Assembly: GCA_040954595.2 (NCBI GenBank)
Contig: CM082581.2
Span: 2,906,699 to 2,970,698 of the forward strand
From: Balanoglossus misakiensis
Lineage: Eukaryota > Animalia > Hemichordata
Reading direction: 5' to 3'
Length of the DNA: 64,000 nucleotides
Numbering within the stretch: the first letter of the stretch is position 1; each line of letters opens with the position of its first letter. Positions 1 through 11,700 of the stretch are shown one piece after another. Position numbers and translations under genes: made by a program. The notes beneath the pieces are model-generated. The model was given only the letters and a program-made list of their open reading frames with translations. It was not told the DNA's origin and did not search any database.

Positions 1-1543
1 CCTACAATTGAGATAACCGAGATGGAAGATGTGTGTCTTTGAATGTTGATTCTCTATATATCCACATGTAGAATACCATGAATGGTGTCTTGTATCAATC
101 ATAATAAATGGAAAAAGGCCTGCGAGAGAGAGAATTGTGAACATGTTTAAATAATAAAACAGGTGCCACATCCCTTTTTTCACCACCCAGTTGCAAGAGT
201 ACAAAGCTATAGTGATACACGATGGGCACAAATGTGCTACAAGTAGCATCTCATTGGGCATTAATAGTCATACCTATTACCTTCAATGCCCCTGATCATT
301 TTACATTAATTACATTTAGCCTTTAGTCTAAGAGTAACAGCATGTAAATTATCTGTATATGCCCAAAGGTAGAGTGTGCCTGTGACATTAACCCCCTGAA
401 TCTAACATTACCCATGTGTACATTACCCAGGGATATCTTCCCAAATCTCAACCTTTGACCCAGATTGATAGTTGTGAAATATTCAAGTGGTAAAATGTCT
501 CTGTGGAAACCTTCCTAACATTTGGCAGAGTTCAACAGCACCTAAGTGTTGAGAGAACATGATAACTGACTTTCTCTTTTTATGCTAATGGGGGAAAGAT
601 TTTTTTGGTGTGGTGAAAGCTGATGTAAATTCAATTTGATATTGATATTTTAGTTTAATAGTGCTAAACAAGTTAGAAAGCCCTGTATCTATAACTTGGG
701 AGCAATATTACTGAAAACATTTCTCGTCTCATCAATTGATCAATATATGGTGTAGTGCAGATGTCATACTTGTATGTATCATTAAGTTATAAAATTTGCT
801 GATAATTTATCTCTGTTTATCTGCTACAAAAGAAAATGTTGCTTAAAGTTCAAGGATTGTCTTATGTGCATGTGCGTAATTTTGTGTGTACAAACATTAT
901 GTCCAGTCCAAAAGTTCTGCAAATTTTGCATTAAATGCATTCAAACATTGGCTTGCCTTCACTTTTCTAGTAATCATACACACTTGCTCATATTGTACCG
1001 GTTTTCTGCATATTTGTGCATTCCATAATAAACAGTGGTGTTAAAGTTTTTTGACCAATTTCCTCATTTTTTACAGGTAAATTATTTTTAAGTGGTAAGT
1101 CTTTCCTGTCAACTGCTGCAAACATACCATTAACAGCAAAACATTTTTCTAAAGATATAAAAGGCATGACAGTTGTGTTGATGGACTGTCTCATGAAACG
1201 TCTGATATCTTCTATGCATGATGTAGACTTTTAGTTTTCGTTATTCTTCTGGTGTTTATCAGAAATGAGTCAAACAAATTGAATATCGTAACACATCAGT
1301 ATTGTGTATCTTAGCTCCATGCCAGTACATTGTATAGATCATCACTGAAGAATGGTGCTATTTCAGCCTATACAATTTTCAACACAGCACTCAGGCAGTT
1401 TTAATATGAAGGATTTTGTTCCCACTATTGTCCATATCATAAAAATATCAGACAAAGCATAATAAACAGAATGTAAATTCTATTATGACTTGACCTCATA
1501 CTGTAGTTTTTGATTAATTTGCACAATCATTCATGTAAATAAC

Positions 1544-1941
1544 CAATCTGATTAAAATCAGATATAGTGTTGTGCCCTGTCATTACCTGTGCTAGCTGAT
1601 TCTTGGCTGTTCAGAGGGGATGCACACACTACATCTTAACCTATGCCATAGGAGATCTCGTTTAAAGCTTGCGTTTTCTCAATCCAATCACAGTGGTCGA
1701 TAGAGAAGAAAACTGGAAGTGTGGAAAAAATAAACGAAATCAAACATTAGAAGCGTGTGGCGTACGCGTGGCCAGTTCCAAAGCCTTGGGAAAGCCACTC
1801 TGTGATTGGTCAAATGGATCCATTCGTTAAAACGAGATATTCTATGGCATAGGTTCAGGTGTAGTGTGGCGCGTACACTGAGACAGAGAACAGAACTGCC
1901 AAAGACAGCACCTAACTCTACATCTGATTTCAATCAGATTG
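1544..1941. mobile_element. MITE with CAATCTGATT-AAATCAGAT terminal inverted repeats and a 9-bp TSD (Mutator-like by TSD length)
   Basis: Ends caatctgattaaaatcagatatag ... ctacatctgatttcaatcagattg; flanks gtaaataac / gaaaataac (8/9 match). The same TIR occurs at 52537-52648 and a fragment near 13587. Confidence 0.7.
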
Positions 1942-2773
1942 GAAAATAACAAGCCATTGACATGACGATAAACCTCAACCATGTCTGCACAACAGATCAT
2001 GTTCCCCAATTTTAGAGCCATTTGGCTGACAAGTAGGAAATATTGGCTCATTCCTGTAGTTCTAGGTTCAGCATACTTCATGAATATTTCAGAAGGTGGC
2101 TATGAACGTACCAGGACATGTATGCACACAGTTATATTTGGGCAAACACATAATGGTATGCTTGTACATGTATATATTGACCAGGGACTTTATGCCTTAT
2201 CTAATGTACAAGGATGGTTTCTCTCTGAGTATTTATCACCCAGACGTTGTCCCATTTACCAGGACTAGTATTTTTCATTGGGTTTGGTGGGTAAATATTC
2301 AGGCGGTAATTGACCTACCAAAGCCAGCATCACTAATGACATGATTTGTAATGTACATTTTGTATACAGTATACATTGTATCTTCTGTGAAAACAATGGC
2401 ATGATAATTGATTGTTTTAAAGACACAAGTCATGATAATGCAAGGAACTCCACTAACACTTGTTCAACAGTCAAGTTGTGAATGCCAACGTACTCATCCT
2501 GTCAGAAATAGTGTTTGTTTCCAGACAATAAATAACTTTGTGATTGCATTTATTTCCAAGTTTGCCATACAAAGTTAGCCTTTCTCATAATGATTACATG
2601 TGAAGTATATTTGTATAACATGTAAAGCATGATATATTGTATTTTCAGTATTGTGATATTTGAGGTAATACTCCCATGAATTATTTCTGCAGTATTAAAT
2701 CCTTCGGTCAGTGGTTTATCATTTTTTTTCCGCCAGACAAACTTCTGATTCTTTGTCTCTTGCCTCCTCAAAG

Positions 2774-5700
2774 ATGAGCCTGAGACGAGAGATGCTTGGT
2801 GGACGGAAATCCGCACTGAGATCCGATCACATGCCAATGCAATGGGATGCCATGCTGTGGTGGGATATAGGGAAACTACATCTATTTGGTAAGTGTGCAG
2901 AACTGTCAACACTGACTTTCATTTATAAGTTTTCTATTATAGGTTGGGAGGGGGTTAGTTGATTTTCTTGAGGATTGAGTGGACAGCTTGACATTTTAAG
3001 TTTTGTATTGGTTTTGATTATATTTCTTGTGGGACAGTATTTTTACATTTGGAAGGTTTAATCTGTCATACAGATTTCGAGTATTTCTATAGAATGCTAA
3101 TTCTCATCTTCAAGAGTGGGCTAATAAACTTAAAATATTGTGGTCTTTAGGCCAAGTACTGAGGCAAATCTACAAATATAGTGAGATGCAGTCATGGATA
3201 ATGGGTTAAACTGATTAAGGTCAGGTTCCACAGTTTTACAAAAAAACATTGTATCATATGGTACAATGACAGCCATGGATTATATACATACAGTGTATAT
3301 AGGACTTATCATTTGCTGATAGCTGTCAAATATTATTATTATTATATATATTAATTTCAGACACAACCGTCCATATTAAGTAGTTAAAAAATCTGGCATT
3401 TACACTAAAAAAACATCTACAAAGCTAAAACCTAGAAAAGTAATAGGTAAAATAAAAAATAAATATTAGTTTTAAAAATCAATGTAAAATGCCCATCCAG
3501 TGGGCATGTAGTCAAGAGAGGTGCATATCACATGAGACAACACGAATGATCAATACATTGGGACTATTACAGAGACGAACAGAAAATTTAAAAGCAACTT
3601 TTCTTCTCATGATGGAGAAGCAGTTTACGGCGTTTAGATCAAATGTTTTAGAGGCACTTTCGTGTCCGGGGTGACCAAGAAGTCTTCGAAGTGAATTATT
3701 GTGACATACGATGATATTCCGGATATTATACAAATTAAAATCGCACCATAAATGAGAGCCATTACAAAAAGCATTAAAACAACGCAGTTTCACATCGACA
3801 CTACATGAATTGAACTTTCTAAGGAGTAAATTAGCCCTTCCACACAATGCTCTTCGTTGTTTTAGAATGTCCTTGTTATCAGATAAATCATGAGAGAAAA
3901 ATTTGCTCAAGATCAGTAAATTTACAAACAAAATCAAGAATAGTCTTACAGAAATTAAAGGTATACGGTCACCTATGAAATATTAGCTATAGTTACCACG
4001 GCAAATTGAGATCTAGCCAATCACAGATTTTTAATGGGTGGCATACGCGAAAAAAGAGCGCCACCATATGTTCTTTGGAATGCTCAAATACGCCATTTCA
4101 GCCATATATGGGCATATGTAAATTGGAGGTGACTGTATACCTTATACCTTTAACTGATGGAATACTCGAAAGCTTAATCGAAGATTTAAGATTTCGATTT
4201 TCGCGTGCTACACTTGATATCATGATCTTCAGTGTAAAGTCGACAGATCTGAATCAGCTTTCGTAAACTTTTAAGGTGGCATTGCACGAAACCGTCAAGA
4301 CTTTTTCAGAGGCCTATTTCTCATCAAAGACAACATTAAAACCCCTATAAACCATACATATTCTGGAAGCTTAGTTTTTGAAATTTTTGTTTGAGTTGCA
4401 CATTTTATTGACCCCCGGAAATGGTGGCGTTTTGGGGTTAAAAACCCCATTTTTTGAAATTTTGTCATTCAATTGAAATTAGGTAAAAAGTTGACCATGC
4501 ATCATGCATCTTAGTATGTCATTCGAAACTAGAGTACACGTGCAAAAAAAAACGAAAATTTTGTTTTGCGTTATGTGCTTCCATTGAGGAGTAACAGCAT
4601 TTGAAAGTTAGATTTTTAGAAAATTTGATCAAATTCACGATGAGTTGTATTGAATCAGAGTTTATTCCCGCCAGAGACACTTTGTCGACTAAAAAAAAAA
4701 ATCATTTTGTTAGATGGGTCATACACAATCCCTGGTTAAAATTTGAGCAAATTCGGCCAACGCAGAGCAAAGCTAAATTCTTCTGAAGTTGTCAAAAGCA
4801 GCGAAAATGCAAACTGAGAAAAACGGCCATTTGCATTGTTGACACCTATTTTTTAAGCTGTGGACTCATTCAGAAAAGTGCTATTTTTGGGTGATTATGC
4901 ACCATTTCAGCCAAAACGCATTCGTCAGAATGTGGATCAGTATTAGCCCTACCAATTTATGTAAAAAAGTAAAATTTAGCAAAAATCACAACTTTTCATG
5001 CAATGCCACCTTAACTGTTGGTGCAATTAGACAAATATCATCTGCATACGAAAGGTTGTTCAACATAAGTCCTGCTATCTCACAACCTACACCGGCATTT
5101 GACAGCCTTACATTCAGCTTATCAACATAAACATTAAAAAGAAAAGGCGAAAGAATTCCACCTTGACGAACACCATTCCCACTTTAAACGAATCAGAGAA
5201 AGAATTCGACCAGCGAATACAATAACTTTGACAGGAAAACCAATTTCTCAGCAAACAAACTATGTAAGTAGGAACAGATCTGTCAATCAATTTCTTAAGA
5301 AGAGTCCAGTGATTGACTTTGTCGAATGACTTTTCTGCATCTAGAAAGCTAACAAAAACAGAGCTATGGTTCTGTTTATAGTATCTAATGGTTTCTTTTT
5401 GTAGAAATATGCACATGTCCTTACTGTGGGAGCTTTTAAAGCCATACTGATGGACAGTCGTATGTAAATTATGTTCGCACCTGTTAAGAATAATATATTC
5501 CAAAACCTTGAAGTCACACAAGTTAAAGCAATAGGGCGATAATTGTTCTTATCATATGCCTATATTCACGTGCCCATGTAAAGTCTATGGGGAAAAGCGC
5601 CCTCACATCCGTGCAGTTTTTTTGCTTATCACGCCCTGGCCCGGATCTAGTTTTGTGTTTATTGTGCGAGATTCGAAAGTTGTCGTTGCTACGTTCTGAA

Positions 5701-8700
5701 TTTAAATTGTTCTGGTGCGGTGTCAGTGACTAGTGTTGCACTTGCAGTGTGTGTATGTCCTATGGTGATGCCGCTACCGAATCCCATCATCTCCCGTCAT
5801 CGCTGCATGTTGTAGAGCTTTATTTGGAAATATGAATAGTAAAATTGATGATTTGATCTGATTAATGTGTGACTGTCGGCGTCGATCGTAACGAGGAAAA
5901 AATAGTATCTCGCTCGTGCTCAGCTGCGTGAGTTCGAGCGCGTCTATGTCTCGCATGCAACAGAATGTAAACAATTGACATAATGCATATCAATCCGCAA
6001 GAACTGGAGGAATACGGCTCTATGATACAGGATTGATCATTTCAAAACGATAGATAAACATGTACAATTTACATTCCAAAATATTACAGAATGTGTATTT
6101 ATTAATTTCTTGTAGAGTATCTTCAAAAAGGCATGTGATAAAACCTTTACAGCCCTGATACGGGTTTTGCGGCCCTCGGTCGTACGGCGATTCGTGCCAT
6201 ACGACCTCGGGCCGCAAAACCCGTATCAGGGCCGTAAAGATTATTAATGGAGAGATCTGCAGTCTTGTCAGATAAGAATAACAGTAAAGCAAAAAGCGAA
6301 ATGTACAGTCACGTAATTTCCTAGTTGCATATTTCAAGTATTCAGCAATCAGTCCAAAATATTTGGCTATGTGTATTAAATCTATGAATATACATGTACA
6401 TGTACCATATACTGTATAGCAGTACAACTTTGTTAATAATAATATTAATGACATTGTGTGTGTCTTTCTTTCTCTCCCTCTCCCCCCCCCCCCCTCTCTT
6501 TCTCTCTCTCCAGTGATGAAATCTGTGTTTTATCAGCAAGTGGAACAGCAGCTGTCATCAACCTACACACGGATGCCCAGCACCAAGCAACATGTAAGTG
6601 GTGTTTCTGTTGCCGCTCCCCAGACACTGAATAGGCGAAACAAACTTGAAATTGACGACTTGATTTCAAGGTCGTTTAGCCAGACTGGCAAGTCAATTTT
6701 AATGCCTGAAACTGCATGCACTCTCGATCTCTCTCGCTATGGCTTCATGTATTTTACTAGTTGCAGGCCTGGGTGGTCATGTTCAACTGTCTTAAATTAC
6801 TACCTACGGAGTCGTGATTGATGTGTAAATGAAGAGGAACCAATACGTGGGCTTTCCATGAGAACTTGCTTCGTGAACCCGTCCTGGCCCCTTTCACCCG
6901 TGCACACTCACTGCATTCTCGGTCTAAACACAGCTCGGATACATTTATTTTGCTGTAATACCTAAAATACTTTAGTCAGACATGACAGGATATGCTTGAA
7001 AAGGGAGAACTTATCAAAACATTCCAGCTGATCCTGAATGCTGATATTTTTTTTTTCAAAATGCACTTCTCATACCTCGTACTGGTGCACTTCGATATAA
7101 CAATACACAAAGAACGTCATCACCTAATGCAGTATAACATAAGATACAAAATCTGAAACGTCTTTAGGATGTTTTTGAAGTATTCATTTTCTAAAAATCA
7201 TATGATCTGAAACGGAAATTCTGAATTTGATCAGAAAATTTTGTGTCAGGCAGTTTATGTGTGTGAGGCCATATATTTTATACCATGTAATGGGTATTAG
7301 AGCCCTTGACAGGTGGTTACATAGTAGCACACGTAAAAGACAACCAGCACTGAAAAACTTGTGGAACTTGGCATGGGCAGGTAAATTTGCAGTGTGTCTG
7401 CAAATTGGGCATGTTAGCAAAAAAATAAACTTCAAGGCCTGTATTTTATCTAATGTTATCTGTGGGTATTAAATATTGGCTTGATAATAAACAAATTGTA
7501 ATTTATGTGGCTTTGTTGGCTATAACTGGCTAATCAGTTTTGTGGTTAATTAGCCCTGCAGCAAATTAGCAAATTGTTGTATCGTACACCTAAAGAATGT
7601 TTAATGTGACCACTTTAACAGCCAGACTTCAGAAATTGACAGATCTAGCAGTGCATCAATATTGTAAATGTCATACTTATACCTTTTACTAAACAAATTC
7701 TCTGTGCTAATTTTACAATTTCAGCTGATCAGAGAGGACTATTGACAATGTCGCTAGACAGAAAAGAGTTTGAGAAAGAAAAGGTGCATTTGAAAGACTC
7801 ACATTCAACCTCTCAAGATAGGTAAGTCACCAGTTTGTTCAAATGAAGTTGCCATTGCCATAAATATGCAAATTAGCTGGAAAAATGAAAATTGGTCAAA
7901 ACTGTGTTCGATATTTAAAGGGACAAAGTCTCTCTCTCGCTGCCCTTTTTTCCATTAATTATATTTGATAGAAGACACCGTTTGTTATGCTACATGTGGA
8001 TATATAGTGAATGAACGTTCAACCACACACAACTTCCATCCCTCTTATAGACAGGAGAGTGAAAAAACTCGCCAAAATGAATAATCGTTCTTTACCATTT
8101 ATTCATTTTTTACTCTCATATCATACAAGTGGGATGGAAGTTTTGTGTGGTTGATCATTGATTCACTATATATCCACATTTACATTAACATAAACAGTGT
8201 CTTGTATCAAACATAAGTAATGGAAAAGGGGCAGCTGGAGAGCGACTTTGTCCCTTTAATGAGTTTTTTTGTAATTTTCTTTGTGTTTGGTCAACAAATC
8301 TTCTTCTGTACCACTTGTCCAGTTGCTTTGAAAGTGATTCTAGGTAACTCGGTACTGGGAATTTGTATACTACATGTTTACAAAACTTTAATGGGCTAGC
8401 TGTTGCAGAGTCCACCAGCTATTTTATTATTAACTGCTAGTGGCAGGTCAATGAGTCTCTGTCTGTCTGTCTGTCTGTGTGTCCCAGGGCTGATTGAAAG
8501 AATTATACAAGCATTGGTATTGTTGGTCCAGATCAGTGCATGTATCTGAGTTTTTCACAGTTCAAAGCATGTTTACTTCTTCCAGTTGCCATAAAGTGTT
8601 AGATTCATGCCGTATTACATACACAAGATGGTCACATTGCAAGTTTTACATTGATGTGTGACATTGTGCTCCTATTAACACAGTGCCAGTGCAGATGATG

Positions 8701-11700
8701 GTGGAGCTGATTCCCCTTTCAAGTGTAGTTTGTGCCATATTCCTTATAAGGAAACCTCATTACCATTTCCTGTTTCCATGGTGAAGTGTTCTCAGTGTGG
8801 GTAAGTTGTTTCTGATTTAAATTCTTGGTACTAAAATTTAGTGTTTGTATGATTGTGTTCCAATTGAAATGTGTTGCGATTTACTCTTTTTCACTGCCAT
8901 GGTTCTGTCCAAATCCATTGTTTTCTATGGTAATGTTGGACTTCTATAGAAACAAACAGTGGTGAAAGGGTTCAGTTCAGGAACCAGGCAATACAAGAAT
9001 TTTAAAGTTGAATATGGAGAGAGACCTGGCAATAATTACAGACTATTCACTTCTTTTGAAAATTAAACCTTCATTAACAGTAATAGCACCTGTGTTATTG
9101 TCTCACAGACAAAACACAGTGCCGGACATTTTGTTCACAACCATACAACCCCCTCAAGAACTGAAAATCCATGGCAAAGGTTGTCTGTTACAAGCCAGGA
9201 TATGTCGGAGCAAAAAGAAAGCACAGGGAGAAGCAAATGCATCGTTAGTCAGTGATGTAAGTACAGCTATCTCCTAGTGATTTGCTAGAGTCCCTGTGAC
9301 AATGATTTCTCAGGGAATTTGTGAAGCGATTGTTGACCAACTTGGCTGAAGTATAGTTGTAATGTTCTCCTCTTTCTCTAAGGGTGTAGCACAGAACACT
9401 ACGATGAGGTTTGAAACGAAACACTGAACTTCATTGCAAAACGGCCAGCAGTCTAGAAACTACATCGAAACTACAACGTATTTCTCTGCACGTTCGTAAA
9501 GTGGTCACAGTTCACTTTATCGTATACATGGGTGTACAAAATGTAGTCCCCCAAAATCATCACAATAGTACAATATGGTATTTTAATGCACACCATTTGC
9601 TTTCACAAAAGAATCCAATTTTGGCCACCAAAGATTCACTTTTTGGGGATATTCAGAGCTACGTCCTCTGAATGTAAATCCAAAAAATCAACCTGATGTC
9701 TGGTATTCAGACTTGTATTATCTGAATCTGAAATTACCATGACCACCATCATATCTTGAAACAACATGGTGTTGCTGCAGTAGCACAAACTGAACCGAGG
9801 TATTTAAAGGCTGTCGAAATTACAAGAGTGAGATAAATGGACTTGGCGGGAGACTGTGAATCATGCAACCCCTGAGACCTCCCGCTTCATGTACAATTGT
9901 GTTGCATGGAGCAAAAAGTTGTTGAAAGTGAGGAATACTTTGGTACATCCATGGGTTTGATGGATAAAACAAACTGTGTGCGCATAGCTGTGGCCCAACT
10001 GCAGTCACTAATTAAGCGTTGCGATTGTCAATCTCGTGTCTCTGTTAATGATGTCTACTGTTCACAAAATTCCCACATGTGATACAAAATCAAACATTCT
10101 GAATCGTTTTTGGACGGAATTCAACCAAGACATGCAATTCGGCCGTAACTTTCAGAATTAGGGCACACCGCGCACTGACATAGATGTATGGAGTCCCATA
10201 CTTTACCAGTATTTTGGGGTGGGGGAGGGCGGTGGTTGGCTATAAAGCTGCTGCTATTTTGCTTTCATCTTACGGACAATGGAAGCTCTGTGTTACAGAA
10301 AATTACAGCCTAATGGTTTAGGGGTCGCCTGGTTCCTGTGAAAATGGTTGCATACATGCATACGTGCATATAGACTCTCTCACAGCCCACGATTCGCTAC
10401 AAAGGCTCTTCACTGACACGCCCTCAACCGTTTGGCAAGGGAGAAGCACCGTTTGGTGTTGTGTAGCGAACCTCTCACCGGGCACACATGCAATCAGTCC
10501 ATAAGCCTGCATGGACGGCGAGAGGGGCTGTGAGAGAGTCTAACGTGCATATAACAAGGGGTTCGTATTCATAAAAAACGACACAGACCACTTGTGTATA
10601 ATCAGCCTGGAATTACAAAGAAAAGTTGACTATTCCATACATATCGTTGAGGGCACCAAGAGTTCTGCAGAGTCCCACATCTTGCATTGTGCTTGAATTC
10701 AAGCAGAGTTGGATATATCTGCATGTCCCGCACTTTAGCCGCCACACTCTTGTATTTTTGACACTCTAAAGTACCACACTGTACTATAATGTACAGACTG
10801 CAAACACTATACACTGAATTACCCGACTATAATGGCTTTCACCCCAATCTGTTTAAAATGAGGCGAAAAACAGACCCTCGGTAGCCCAAAAATTCAGATA
10901 TTGTTCAGGCTGTTAAAACCAATGATTTGTCTCGCACTTTTTGAGCAGAACAACATAAATAATGCATCAAATGAAACAAAGATGACCAAATTAATGCCAA
11001 AATATGAATATTGTACTAGGCTTTTCTGCTTTTATCATTATATTCTTTGAATATTTGCAGGCATTGCCATTCATGGAATATGAACTACACAGGCAGCTTA
11101 TGAGTAAACTCAAGGTCAGTCTGTGTTGTGTGGTAGCTTACAATTACATGGGTGTGGTTTACTTAGAGAAGGCATTCTTGAACAACGATATCACCTACAA
11201 CATTTCCAGAATTGGATAGCATCTGTGTTGGTAATGAACTGAAATAAGAGACATTTCAAGTGACTTCAGAGAGCAGAATCCGTAATTGATTCACAGACCA
11301 AAATTGACCCCAAATTACACAGCTACTGCCCCTGCAATGATTGTACACTTACTGTCATCGCCAATATGATTCAACTGTACAATTAGTTTCCATATTGTAC
11401 AGTACAGAGAGCCCCAGTAATGGTGCTGTGTTTGAGTGCCTGTGTACATATGTGTACTGAGTGAGTGAAACGTTCTTTCTTATGTACTTGTCTTCTTCAC
11501 TTCTCAAAACTTTCCATAAAATAGCATCATATGATTTATAGGCCGACAATCATCTTATGCGCATGTGCATAATTTTGTGTGTGCATTGACAAACATTAAA
11601 ACGTCCAATCCAAATGTTCTGCAAATTTTGCATTCAACACATTCAGATAGTGGACTGCCTTCGCTTTATTCAATATTTCATGCGCACCGTATAAGCAAAC

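Larger units (their letters stand above)
3331..5553 (-). mobile_element. 5'-truncated, degenerate non-LTR retrotransposon (RTE-X-like LINE), reverse transcriptase region plus 3' end
   Basis: Minus-strand RT motifs NYRPIAL, HQYGFK, FLDAEKSFDKVNH, GVRQGGILSP (frameshifted) and YADD at 5037-5048; C-terminal RANLLLRKFNSCSVDVK; (TAA)n-like tail near 3331. Interrupted by two TTAA MITEs. The clade assignment is from remembered motifs. Confidence 0.8.

Noticed and set aside
1-2773. Search for upstream C2CD5 exons (GGVVSARSVKLL region)
   Set aside because: No matching peptide with splice sites was found; the region appears intronic and its short ORFs lack motifs.
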